Positions 50,091 through 62,255 of a stretch of DNA of 64,000 nucleotides are shown one piece after another. The translations under genes were made by a program, and so were the position numbers. Positions within the stretch are counted from its first letter, which is position 1. Each line of letters begins with the position of its first letter. A model generated the notes under the pieces. That model was not told the DNA's origin. It saw nothing but the letters and a program-made list of their open reading frames with translations, and searched no databases. Source of the stretch: Nemertoderma westbladi (Eukaryota > Animalia > Xenacoelomorpha); NCBI GenBank assembly GCA_032718475.1, contig JAUCBJ010008209.1, positions 1-64,000 of the forward strand, in the 5' to 3' direction.

Positions 50091-51089
50091 TCACTTTGCT
50101 CACCTTAAATATTGTACCAAACAGCAGTGGTAAGATTCCGGGGTAACCATGTGTATTCATATAAACTTTGATTTTAGAAGGTTTGTAGTACCGGTAGACG
50201 TTGGCATTTCTGATGTACAGTATAATACAGGGGTGGGATGCCCGATATACGATGCCCAAATACCAGAAATTAAACGAAATACTGTTACAATTATAATTAT
50301 ACTATGACTTGGTATATAATATTCTCATATTGGCTTCCGACACACACTCACACTGACACCTACACGGACAGACTTGGAAAACAGCCATGGTATAATAATT
50401 TATTTAACTGACGACATGCCAACTTTAGGGCGTTCATATTTACTTAATTGGATAATGGTAAATAGCCTGATTTGTTTTATACAGGGTACCTAGCAACAGC
50501 TGGATTAAATAGCAGTTGCCCTTAAAACAACTAGAGTCACTATTTCGGAAGCCCTTAAAACAACTAGAGGCACTATCCGGTAACACAGGGCCAGTGACCG
50601 AACAAACAAGCAGCAGTTAAATTGACTAACACTGTGGGGCAAGCCACGAAAGTGAGCGTGCTTAGAATACGGGTACCAATCTCAACCTCTCGTCTGTCTA
50701 ACGTCTGCCTGTCGTTGGTTAGTCGCTCCGTCTACTCTTTGAATGCTAGTACAGTAAAGTAACTCAGCGAATCTTTGATGGAATTATACCAAACGTAGTA
50801 ATCAAGTACAGTACGAGAATCAAAGACCATTATATTTTACAAATAATAGACAAAATTGTCAAATAATAGTCACAAACTAACCATTGCTTTCTATGGGTCT
50901 TTGGCTATTATTTTACACATTTGCCTTTTAAAGTCAAATCAAGGAGATCCGTTTGACTTTGCTTTGCATTTTCTGTGACAGTTTTGACTTTTTCTGATTT
51001 GACGTTTTAGAAGTATTTGCCTTTTTAGTCAAATCTCGCCATCGGTGCTCAGTGGGAGATGAATATAAAATGGAGAGTTAATCGAAATT

Positions 51090-51122
<33 letters not shown>

Positions 51123-52063
51123 GGATTGACCCAGTGTATTAGGGTGATCTGGGACCCTATGCTCTTTAATTGAAACTTTGAAAATAGTGATATATTTTTA
51201 TACATTACATCTACTAGAAAAGTTAATTCCTGTTCTAATTAAGCCTATACATTGCATAAACATAATACCCTTAGTATAGCGCACTTTTATAATAATTTTT
51301 ATTCCTTTCGCTGGATAAATATATTTTTACAAAACACCGAAAGCTCCAATCTTTTTCTGAAACATGTAAGACATCGATGAGGCGCGAGCGCTGATACAGT
51401 AGTAATCTCACTATACAATCCTTTCCCACATGCCCAGCATATGTCAGGTTCGCATCAGCTCTTGGTGTCTCGAAGATATTAAGTAAAATATAGTTTTAGA
51501 TGCAAACTTTATCATGTTATGTTATATTTACAAGATGGAAAGTCAATGTGGTTTTGTTTTGAGAGTCTGAAATCTACTGCTGCTATTGGGTTAATTTTCC
51601 AAAGGAATGAATAATGTGGTGGAGGGAAATTTAAACTAGATTTTAGTTCTTTTTAAAAAATTGTATTGTTTTTTTTATTTTAGCGTTTTATCGTAATTGA
51701 GGTACCTGATGTAATATTCACCTTAATAAGTACAACCACAAATAAGTACTCGGATAGAGATACTGTAGAGCGTCATCGTGTATAGGGTTAGGTTAGTCCT
51801 ATTGCCACATAACATAACAATTTTAATTAGGGTTTGGATCAGAGCCGCTAACTAAGTAAGTAAGTATTTATATTAATATTACAGTATAAACTACTGTTAA
51901 TTTGAGTGGTTGTGGATCATGGTATGTTATTTGTTTTATTCCAAAATTGTAACATATTACTCAACGCCGTTAGTATTAACAGCGAGTTGTTATTTAGCAC
52001 GTTACAACTTTAGAAGACATTACAGTATTGTATTGGCCTGTACCTTACTATTGTATTTGGTGT

Positions 52064-52154
52064 TATTGTTTACGTGGTAACCCATGACGGCGTTAAGTAA
52101 TGTCCACTAAGGGGACATTACTTAACGCCGTCAATGGTTACCACGTAAATAATA
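52064..52154. repeat. Long inverted repeat (42-bp arms, 7-nt spacer)
   Basis: TATTGTTTACGTGGTAACCCATGACGGCGTTAAGTAATGTCC and its near-exact reverse complement (3 mismatches). Confidence 0.9.
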
Positions 52155-52539
52155 GGTGGAAATTTGACTGATAGACAGATAGGCCTACTGCATTACCTAC
52201 CGGTAGGCGGGGTATAGCTATTAGTAACCAGTAGGGCCTATATCTATGAACATGGCTCCAAACGCCACCATAAATATAAGCTAACTTATTTATAACATAA
52301 TTTATGTCATTTTTACATTTATTTATACAGCAACTAATATACTTTTTGCAGTTTCTATCACTTATAATGTATATGTACAATCATTTCGTAATGTTAAAAT
52401 TTTGGAATAAAACTACATACGTACTTGTTGCAAAGTACTTTTACAGTGTTCTGATCCTCATGGCTTTTATTTTCATTCACTCACTAACGTTCGTTCGTGT
52501 AACAAAGCCACTCGGATCATCAGACTGTAAAGGTGATGT

Positions 52540-52790
52540 GAAATGGAAGGAAGGAATGAAATGGAAGGTGATGTGCCTCCCGTCAATACTGTATGGATGC
52601 TCGGAACTTGATAAGCCCAATATTGCAGAGATATCGCTACAACTTCATAAAGCAATGAGAACTATATGTGCAATAGAAAACTATGTTTCTAATGGATTCT
52701 ATGTAAACTCTGGTATGATCAACCTGGAAGATTTCCTACACCTCAAAACTTGCGTTATTTACCTACAGCATCTTAAATTGTCCTGATAGA
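52540..52790 (+). mobile_element. LINE RT C-terminal relic
   Basis: WKVMCLPSILYGCSE resembles the LINE P.LLYG.E motif. Confidence 0.4.
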
Positions 52791-53766
52791 AAGGTTCTTT
52801 TTTTCTTTTATCATTTAATCTGTCTGCACCTTGCAGATTTGTCTAGTGCTTAGATATTCTTCCGTTATGGTGTCTCCGCATGGCACCTCGGTTTACCAAG
52901 TTTGTCTTCTCTGAGTGTCTCCAGATACAGTTTCAAGGTCATACGGAATCGACATGGACAATCTCAAGCCACCGAACTGAGTCCTGCTAGTCAGTATAAA
53001 CTCTAATTTTTTGGTACCATACTGAGTTGCACCACTGGCTCACATGCAGCTCGCCACTTAGTGGTATTGGACTTTTATAATCTTGATCAATAATAATAAT
53101 ATCTATAAAAGTATAAGTATAATAAATAATACTTAATCAATAATACTCCTAATGATACGAGTTATTTTAACTGATATGATACTATTTGCTTTTCGGCCCT
53201 TACATGCCAAAACCGGCCGTATTGTATTGTTATTGTATCTTGTTGTTGCTCTTATTAATTTTGTGTGTTATTTTACTTAATTTGATGTTGCTAGACCATT
53301 TTACCAATAATAGCCGCCGGGGCGTAAGCCGGATGTTTAAATAAAAAAAAAAGTGCTACATACTTTACACACAAGTATGTAAATAGTTATTACAGTTTTA
53401 TAATAGGATTTGAATACAACGAAATTAATAATCTCATAATGAATATTCAAAATGCTGCCAGTTTAGTTGGAATAGGCCAGCCAGGCCTACCCTAAACTGG
53501 TAAACCTATTTACTACAGGTACGAGCTACAGAGCTGAGGCAGTAGTAATTAAGTATACATCGCCTCGCCATACTGGCAGACTGGTAGGCTCTAAATTATT
53601 ATTAAATTATTTGTGATTCAGGCTCATTGTAGATAGCAGGCTGGCAGGAGAACCACTCAATCAAAGTAGATGCTGTGACTAATTCGCCCCGACTATTCCA
53701 AACAATTTGTTTAGTGTATGTAATTTTTTAGTATCGGGGGTAGGAATATACCTGTATACGGTTGTT

Positions 53767-54747
53767 ATGGATACCGATTTCAGTACCCCGCCTTTCCTTA
53801 AATTAGTAACAGAAACAAAGAAGACTATTCTTCTAAAAGCTGTAATTGAGACAGGGCGTTTGGATATCACTATAACAGATGGCGCCACTGTCTGGAAAGG
53901 GAGAAGCCAGCCCAGCGAAGTTGAAGGCATGGCGAACGTTCTAGGCATGGACACTGGCGAGTATGTTAGCGAAATGAGACTGGCCATGTCGACTATTAAT
54001 GATATATATTTATATGATCTGAAAGACAACTCTTTTTCTTGGAAAAAGCAAGTTCCCACGGGAACATCTAAAATAAAAGTTACTTTTGGAAGCATCAACG
54101 TAGAGCCTTGTAGAGATTCCAGTGTAGAGTTGATCGATTTACTGACGGATTTATGCGATAAGATCGTTCTACTGAACCTGGAAGTCGGAGAATTGGGTTG
54201 TCAGAAGAAACAGTTAGCAGCAGATAGACAGAAAGCCGTAGATTTCGTTAAAACTCGAGTCCTTTCTAAAGAGGAAATGGAAAATAATTTGTTATCTAAA
54301 TTCCTTCTCGTGTTGAACGCCAAGAAAGAAAGAATTCGCGAACTTGAAAACGAGTTGGAATTACTTAAACGAGAAAATAAAACCGAGATGAAAGAAACGG
54401 AATCTACCGGTTCTCCGCGGACCGATTACGTTGCTAAGGAGACAGAATACCCCAGCGATTTTGATACAGACGACGAGAAAGAATCGGCTAGCATTAAGTC
54501 TCGTCTCGCCGCCACTGAAAGTCGCCCGTTCCAGGTTGGCAGCTCTGCTGTAGTAGACATTGTCCAATCAGGGTCAAGGGATATCGTTAAACGTAAGAGA
54601 GTGAGAGTCTGTCCCCCAGCTGTAGCTGTTAGTCGCCGACAACCAATAGAAACTCAGCATCCACAGCCACAGACAATTAAGCAAGTAGACCAATCAACGG
54701 AGGATACATTGTGTCTATCTACCACCGACCTAATACACGATTTATAA
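53767..54747 (+). CDS. XRCC4: DNA repair protein XRCC4, single exon, 326 aa from first ATG
   Basis: ITITDGATVWKG...EVEGMA...M...EYVSEMRLAM; FSWKK; VTFGSI; coiled coil KEEMENNLLSKFLLVLNAKKERIREL. Confidence 0.85.
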   Translation: MDTDFSTPPFLKLVTETKKTILLKAVIETGRLDITITDGATVWKGRSQPSEVEGMANVLGMDTGEYVSEMRLAMSTINDIYLYDLKDNSFSWKKQVPTGTSKIKVTFGSINVEPCRDSSVELIDLLTDLCDKIVLLNLEVGELGCQKKQLAADRQKAVDFVKTRVLSKEEMENNLLSKFLLVLNAKKERIRELENELELLKRENKTEMKETESTGSPRTDYVAKETEYPSDFDTDDEKESASIKSRLAATESRPFQVGSSAVVDIVQSGSRDIVKRKRVRVCPPAVAVSRRQPIETQHPQPQTIKQVDQSTEDTLCLSTTDLIHDL

Positions 54748-55824
54748 GGTTTCCCCAGGTAAACGCTATGTTGAGCCTCTATAAACAATCTCCTTCACTT
54801 AAAAAAGATGTGATAAATGAGTATAAAACTAGATATTTATATAAAATATTATTATTAAATTAAAATTAAATGTTGACAACATAATTATTATTTTTAATTT
54901 AATTATGAAACTGTGGATATTCTTTTATTTTATCCTCGTGGGATTAATCAAGCTACTGTACTGTGTGCCTATGTGTCCAAGACAAAGTTATAATATAAAC
55001 CTAATATTAATGTATAACTGTATAATATTAATGAATTAAATGCTATTAAATAGTTTTTTAATAAAATATTAAGTAAATAAAAATAACATAGAGTTACTTA
55101 TTAGAAGAATAAGGTGGCCGCTTTAATTTCTCTAAGAATAGTGCAGTTCTTAATATAGACAGTTTGGGGATTTCGGTGCAGGGTTTGAAGTGGTCGCAAT
55201 TCGTTGCAGGTAATCCACAAAGCCAGCATTTACACGAAGCTGTTGGTCGCCAACATTTACTCTGGTCACAGAGTTGTTGATGTTGGCCATTCGAAATCAA
55301 CCTTACAGCTGCTCGTCGCCTTAAACCGGTTAATCTTCCAATAGGCCTACTGTCTGATTTTTTAATTATAAGGCGTTTGAACTTAATAAATGGCTTTCCT
55401 TATTGAAATTATTTGTGAAATTGCGTGTGAAATTATCAATAATATTATATTGACTCAGCGCGAAAACGTTGATGTTAGATTAAGTTACCACCGTGGATGA
55501 CCAGTTTATACTGTATATTCGTCAGGCAATTTAGAAACTCTGGTAAATCTAACTTAATTTAGATAGTTTAAAAAACTACAGCTATTATTACTTCGTTCTA
55601 TGTTATGTTATATTATTTTCTCTGTGTCATTAGGACCTGAATCCTTGCGTCCTGTAAATGAGGTCCTTACCGGTATGTTAACTGCTTCGATAGGTCCCGT
55701 ATCTGTCGACGCAGGACCTAACCCGCAAAGGACCAAATGGTGCGGTACCCTCCCTCCAGTTCTGTTCATGCATATAAAAATACAAGTACAATATCTGATT
55801 CAGGAAAAAAGTGGTGAAATATAA

Positions 55825-55920
55825 AAAAACCGGCTTTGGCCGGAATTCCGGCCGGATTTTTTTTTACAAATCCGACTCCGTCCTGGCCGGTTTGAAAAAG
55901 GTCAATCCGGCACATCCCTA
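55825..55920. mobile_element. hAT-like terminal fragment
   Basis: Reverse complement starts TAGGGATGTGCCGGAT, with subterminal CCGG repeats; no partner end found. Confidence 0.4.
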
Positions 55921-56273
55921 GTAATTATGTTTATTTAGGTCTGTAGTTTGTGCGAGGTATGGCGTGCGGCGGAGTGAGTGGGTCTAACCTTTATAGCGGA
56001 ATCCGCAAAGAATCAGAAATTTCCACCGATTCAGAATCGGCGGAATATTCACACGAACCTTTTACCCCTGCAATAAGCTATTATTTGGAGATGTTGTATA
56101 TCCTGTACAGTTTTTATTTAAGTGTCAGTTTTTATTGTTGTTTTATACGGTAAACTAGAAACGTTTTTAATTGGTTATAAGACCATCAGCCATACCTCGC
56201 GACGATTCCTTACTATTGGTTAAATGATGTGCTGTTATAATGTGCCTTTATTTTCAGTTAAATATTTATATAA

Positions 56274-56449
56274 TCGGCATGCTGTATTTGTATTGTTATG
56301 CCGGCTTAACAAACAAAATTGAGCTGCCATCACACTATCGGCATACGGCATTGCAGCTTGCATTAAGAATGCTATACCGGCTTGACGACAAAATTGCGCC
56401 GCCACAATCCCATATCCCCCCATGACTTATCGCGAGATTATCTGCATCA
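56274..56449 (-). mobile_element. Two diverged tandem 3'-end fragments of the (TAG)n-tailed RTE-like LINE
   Basis: 56339-56449 aligns with 12081-12190; 56274-56332 is a shorter, more decayed copy. Confidence 0.75.
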
Positions 56450-58249
56450 TATATAATTTTATGTTAAGGTTAACTAACTTGTGTTATGTAACTTATATAA
56501 CTCATATTAAGTAACTTTGAGGAAGAGATGCAGTAGCAGCTAAGCTCGGAATTCCTCTCCGTAAAGCGAATTAAAGGACATTAATAATTGTTATAAATTA
56601 ATAAACAGAGTTAAGAAAACCTCTCAGCGGGTTATTTTATTTCTCACGGTTATTTAATTTGTTTAATCAATAACAACATCATTTCTCAACTATGCTGTTA
56701 TACTATGCTATTATACTACTATACTATGCTACTTACGAATATGATTATGTATATTGTTGAGTTGTAGCGATGGTTGGGCTGCAATGAGTTGACTATATCC
56801 AACGGACCTCAACCTCAATGGCGGACGGGAAATAAATAAATAAGGCGATGATTTTTACAATAAACATGCAACAGCGTACCCTTAGCAGAGCAGCAGAGCA
56901 AACTGCTCGTTGGGGCAGTTTCCCAGGTTACGGATAGGGATAACATTTCACACATCGCACTAATTGTAATTTGTCTGCGTATACGACTGTGTATTACAAT
57001 TAGACAGGAGGAAGTTTCTTTGGTTAATGCAAGTCATTCTTAGTTTGCATCTTCCAATCTCTGTTTCTTGGAGTCTGTGTCATATATGCTAGTTACGGGG
57101 GCGGAGACAGATTCCATCTTATACTGAGAGGTCAGCCTCGGGGCCACTCAGTATACGTGCAGGTTGGGGGTGCCGGCCTTACGAATAACAGAATCACTCT
57201 TGAATTTCACTAATTAAAATGGCCTTTTTAAGAGAGGATACACTGCAAGACTGCAAGGCTTACTAATTAATATGTTGTGAATAGTCGGTCTATATTGGTG
57301 GGGGGGGGGGGGGGGGGGGGGTGTCTCTCGATGCTGCAAAGGATACATCACACTCAGCAATATGTGGATTACCGCGGCAATAATACCCTAATTTCGTATT
57401 CATAATGTCATCAAAAACCCACGGCCAGATCTTTTATAACTCCAATAGTGTAACAACTACACGACACCTACAACCACCCCTAATATAAGTGAGAGTTACA
57501 CGGCGTACCTGAAGCAAATCCAAGCTAACAATAACACAAATTATAGTCTAATTTAAATTCTTTGTATTCTGAGATTATAAAGCAAAAAATAATAGTCGTT
57601 AATATAGTATATTGGCGATTAATTCATTTATAATCAGTAATCAGATATGTAGAAAATTGTATCATCTAATACTCCCGCTTAGACATGCAGCAGTTGGCGA
57701 ACAAATTATTTTGCAAAATGAATCTTGGGTGTGTCTGGAATAAGCGAAGTGTGTGGAAATTATAACAAAATTAATGCGAAAAAGTTGTTTATTCCAATTA
57801 TTTGACTAATAATGTAGAATTCCTTCATTATAGTCGTATGTTATATAAAGTTCAATAGCGTGTTATATAATTTTACTTTATATCACATTTACTGGGAGAG
57901 ATGGAATTTTTCGAAAATGGGATTTTCTCTGCAAATATTAATTCCAGAGGCGACACAAAGGTTAATGTAGGTAAGGATAGGGCGCCACAAATACCCCGAG
58001 GTTATCATATACTCACCGTATATTAATATCACGAACTGAAGCCCCGCCGCATATGGAGAAAAAATCAATAAATGTGGCGTTAAGCAATTAATGATTTTTT
58101 TTATGAATGACATTTAATAAAGATAATGTCAAATACATTAATACATAAGGAACCAATAACTATATTACACGAATTCAAAAGAGTTCACTTCAATCAATAA
58201 CAATAATCTATTGCTATGGTTACTGTATGATGAACACGCTTTGCTATGG

Positions 58250-60964
58250 TTACCGTTTCCAAGGGCGTTCGAGGTCCAAATCGTCGTCATCGTCTTCATC
58301 ATATTCCTCGTCCCCCAGTAAGTCCCTCGCCAGATCGGCCACTTTCGGCTCGATCGACTGGGGTTTAACCTGATGATGGGGCGACTGCTGATTGGCTGGG
58401 AGTTTGGGACTGAGGACCTCAGTGGGAACGTTCCACTGGATCACCAACGGCTTACCCTGGAACACCCGGCCGTTCATCACGGCCGACTCGGCCTCGTGGC
58501 GCGTCGAGTAGGTTACCACGCAACGGCCGTCCTCCGCAGTAAAATGTTTCGATTCGATGACCCCGAACTGAGAAAAGTGGTCCTCTAAGTCGTCCTCAGT
58601 CGCGTTACCGGGGTAACCGCTGACGATAAAGGACTTGGGCCGGTGGTCTACCGTGGAGATACTGTTGAAGAGGAACCGAGCGCCCCTTGCGGATCTCCTA
58701 CCTCGGATTCCCCGGCCACCACGACGACCCATATCGGGTACCGCCAACCCCATCCTGGAGGCCTCCACTCTCATACTGTTAACCCGAAGTTTAAGATTCT
58801 TTGTGTCCTCGTCGGTTAGCTCCTTATTGAGGAGGTCCATCTCCGCGTCCAACAACTCCTTCTTCATTTCTATCTTATTTCTAGGTTTATTACTCGGTTT
58901 AACATTGCCATCGAGTTCTCTCTTTAGACTCGTTATAACCTTATCGAGTAGCTTTATGGCCCCGACAACCGTCACCTTCTCTTTCCCCTTTAGGTTCTTC
59001 GATTCTAGACGTTCCAATAATTTCTTCTGCTCAACGACTTGCCGCTCCAACAGCAATCGTTTCTGCCTCTTTATATCCAAAGACAATTTAATCGCGAGAT
59101 TCTGTTTAGCGACTTTGTTATTCTTCTTCAGTTCGCTCGCCGGCGGTATCTTAGCAACGGCGAACGCAACCTGAGGCGGTCGGACGACGTCGCCGCCTCC
59201 CGGGGCCACGACAACCCGGTTGCTAGGCGGCAACGAATCAGTCACGGGCGTGGCGACCGCGGTGGTTACCGCGGGGTCTATCGAGGCGACGGTAACCGCG
59301 GTTACCGCGCTCTGCTCCTGAGTTCCCTGATGCCAAAAGAGTTTAATGAATCGGTTGCCCATGACTGCGTCGGCACAGGTGTAGGCTTGCCGCGCCTCCG
59401 AGTTGGCGTCGAACGCGACGAGCGCTGCGTCCGCCATCCCGCTGTACGAGGCGTCCACGCTCGTAACCGTGCCGAAACGCTCGAAGTATTCCCGGATCTT
59501 ATCGACGGTGTTGAGATCCGACGGGATCCGTCGCATCTCTAGCTTGGTCCCCCCCGAATGCCCCCCTCGAAAGCCGCGGAAGCCCCCTCGGTAGTTTACC
59601 TGCCGAGGGGGGCGGTAGAAGGGGGGCTCCTGGGAAGGAGGGGGTCCCGCAGTGAGGTCGACCAGGTTGCGAGCGAGGGGGAACATATCGGGGGCGAACT
59701 GGGGGGGCAGGAACATCGGGGGCGGGTAGACGGAGGTATCCATGGGGTAGAGGGGCGGGGGGTTGGGGGGCAGGAAGAGGGGGCTCCCCAGGGGGAACTG
59801 GGGGGGATCCATCCCGGGGGTCTCGGGGTTGTATCCGTCGACCGGGGGGACGGGGGGCAGCGGTTGGTACATCGGGGGGGCGCTGGGGTACAGCGAGGGC
59901 GGGGGCATCGTGTAGATGGGGGCGCCGACCGGGGGCGGCACAGGAGGGGGCCGGGGGGACGACTTGGACGGCTCCACCGTGATCGCATCCATCCCGTGGT
60001 CGTAGGGGCAGCCGTCGCCGCGGATACAGTAGCCCTTCTCGTCGAAGTCCGGACAGCGGAGCTCGGTGGTGGGGGCCCCGGGGTGCAGGGGGAGCATCGT
60101 GATGGTGGGTGACAATCCCCGGGTGTCCCTGTCCCGTAGTGGCGGGGACATCCTGTGGTTGGGACTGCGGGACCTCATGTGTCTGTGGTGCCGGTGTCCC
60201 GGGGACCTCCGTCGGTTGCTGCGCCACGGACTCCCCTTATTCCTGCGACTCGGGCTGTATCGACGGGTGCGACGACCAGCGGGGGACCGACGCAACTTCC
60301 CGGAGAACTTCCGACCGGAGTGTTTGGACGCCGCCTGGCGGCGTGGAGGGGAACCCTCATCACTCTCCGTGATAGAAGGGCTGCTCTGGGAACGAGTGCG
60401 TGGGCCCCTAGTCGGGGGGACGGCTAGACCCACAGGGGGCAGCGTGACGCCCCCTGCGGGGGCGGTTATTCCTCCAATCCCACCCACAGGGTCGGTAGTC
60501 GCCTCGGTCGGCGGATCCAACGGCTGAAACACGACGGGGTTTGGACGCATTGCTTCGTCGATGGAATGAGACGCAACCGAGTTGAATACCTCGTCGGGGA
60601 TGAGGTTGGGAACAACCTCGGTGTCCAGGAAGGGGGGCGAGTCCATCGGGAATGGTGGCGAGTTCATGGGGTCCCCCGGGGTAACTTCAGGTTCCGGCGA
60701 GTATGGTTCGTCTAACGGGTTGTGCGCCATGTAGGATTTCGTGTCCAGAGCGACAAACAGCCGCTCCACAAACGGTTCTGTGTGATCCTGCAGGAAGACT
60801 TTGAGACATTCGGAACAGCTGTCTCGTATTGTCGCGCGGTCCTTATCCTTTTTGACAAGAGCGATAACGTACTTAGCCAATGCGACAGGATCCGCGTCGC
60901 ATATCGGCTCCAACGTTCTCTCCAACCACGGTTTGAATAAATCGACTCCCTCAATTGCAGGCAT
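58250..60964 (-). CDS. RBM26: RNA-binding protein 26/27 family, single exon, 904 aa
   Basis: PWI-like N-terminus (WLERTLEPICDADPVALAKYVIALVKKDK), RS-rich region, CCCH finger CPDFDEKGYCIRGDGCPYDHG, RRM (FERFGTV...AVMGNRFIKLFWH), coiled coil (KELLDAEMDL), second RRM, C-terminal RPWKR. Confidence 0.95.
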   Translation of the reverse strand: MPAIEGVDLFKPWLERTLEPICDADPVALAKYVIALVKKDKDRATIRDSCSECLKVFLQDHTEPFVERLFVALDTKSYMAHNPLDEPYSPEPEVTPGDPMNSPPFPMDSPPFLDTEVVPNLIPDEVFNSVASHSIDEAMRPNPVVFQPLDPPTEATTDPVGGIGGITAPAGGVTLPPVGLAVPPTRGPRTRSQSSPSITESDEGSPPRRQAASKHSGRKFSGKLRRSPAGRRTRRYSPSRRNKGSPWRSNRRRSPGHRHHRHMRSRSPNHRMSPPLRDRDTRGLSPTITMLPLHPGAPTTELRCPDFDEKGYCIRGDGCPYDHGMDAITVEPSKSSPRPPPVPPPVGAPIYTMPPPSLYPSAPPMYQPLPPVPPVDGYNPETPGMDPPQFPLGSPLFLPPNPPPLYPMDTSVYPPPMFLPPQFAPDMFPLARNLVDLTAGPPPSQEPPFYRPPRQVNYRGGFRGFRGGHSGGTKLEMRRIPSDLNTVDKIREYFERFGTVTSVDASYSGMADAALVAFDANSEARQAYTCADAVMGNRFIKLFWHQGTQEQSAVTAVTVASIDPAVTTAVATPVTDSLPPSNRVVVAPGGGDVVRPPQVAFAVAKIPPASELKKNNKVAKQNLAIKLSLDIKRQKRLLLERQVVEQKKLLERLESKNLKGKEKVTVVGAIKLLDKVITSLKRELDGNVKPSNKPRNKIEMKKELLDAEMDLLNKELTDEDTKNLKLRVNSMRVEASRMGLAVPDMGRRGGRGIRGRRSARGARFLFNSISTVDHRPKSFIVSGYPGNATEDDLEDHFSQFGVIESKHFTAEDGRCVVTYSTRHEAESAVMNGRVFQGKPLVIQWNVPTEVLSPKLPANQQSPHHQVKPQSIEPKVADLARDLLGDEEYDEDDDDDLDLERPWKR

Positions 60965-62255
60965 TTTGACAAGGTTATTGATAAGTAATTACTATTCTTA
61001 CTGCTGTCTGGCTGTACTGTCTTATCACAGTTGTCAAATGTCAGTGTATTACAGTATTATCTATGTATAGGCCTATTACATTTACAGTAGGTACTGACAG
61101 ACTGAAGTAGGCCTATTTCTGCTATTTCTGTATTTGGCCTAATACGCAGAGCAGATGACGAACAGAGAGCAGGAGAGAGAGACACAGACGTTTGGACGTA
61201 GGGCAGTTGTAGGCCCTATGGCAGCGGCCCACGGCAGGGCCTGCTAGGAAAGGACATGGATTAAATTACACTCCACGATTGCAAAGAACAATACTTTCAT
61301 ACACTGATAATATTTAATAAAATCATTTTACAAGACGTGATAAATTCGATAATATACTATAATACTAATATATTCGACACTCCCTAGTAGCACATAACGT
61401 TCACACACAGCTTTTGGACGTTGAGAACATGTCCACTCCATAAACGTCGCACATAATGTACCAGATTTCAACGTTCTAAATTAGTCTCCATATAATAACG
61501 CCTAAATGGTGTTGGTGTTTCAACTGAAAAGTAACGTTCATCAATGGTATCAGTTAATTTCCCGTTAATGTTCTTGGACGTTTGAATGGCGTCCAAAGCA
61601 ATAACCAGTTCAATTTGAGTTCAGAAACTGAAAAGTAACGATTTGTAAATGGCAAGTTATATTTCCGTTTTCTATTGTGAACGTTGCAATATTGTTTATT
61701 ATCCAATAAAAATTAACCAGTTCAATTTCAGTTCACATATTTTTAAAATTGTCGTTCAAAAAATGTCCAAACTATGTTTTTCATAACCGTAGTTCAATAG
61801 CGGTTCAATACTAAACATTTTCCGTTCAAAATAATAATTATCTGAACGACAAACTTTCCCACGCTATGGGAACCAGTGTCTGTGATGAGTCATCCAATTA
61901 CAGGCAATACTGGATCTGCCCAAGTACTGAATGATGTAAAAATAGTGGTATATTGGTTCATACAGAACTCAGGAGCAAAGTATACAGTAGTACTGTATAA
62001 CGGTGTGTAATACAACATACTGCATTGTATAACTGTAATTTAAATTAATTTTTGTTGCGTCTCAATTATTTGCTGTATATATATATATATATATTATATG
62101 TATATTTATATTATACATGTATGTATAAATGAGCATCACATTAGAAAGATTCGGTTTCATATTTGTGCAAGAGTATACAGTTTATAAAAGTATAGGCCTA
62201 ACAGTATATCACTTGAAGTAAAAGTAACAGTAGTATCACTTGAATCACCTGACCT

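Noticed and set aside
48933-50146. Pro-rich extensin-like ORFs
   Set aside because: Translations of the pyrimidine-rich minisatellite, open in all three frames.
50400-50670. Hammerhead ribozyme (CTGACGA at 50408; stem plus GAAA near 50650)
   Set aside because: Core elements are not connected by the required stems.
53707-53766. XRCC4 N-terminal extension from the ORF track
   Set aside because: Starts at TTG; first ATG is 53767, where homology begins.
58373-61070. Numerous overlapping ORFs within RBM26/27
   Set aside because: Shadow ORFs due to high GC.
61382-61872. Harbinger-like MITE
   Set aside because: Internal repeats are present but the termini pair too weakly to call.
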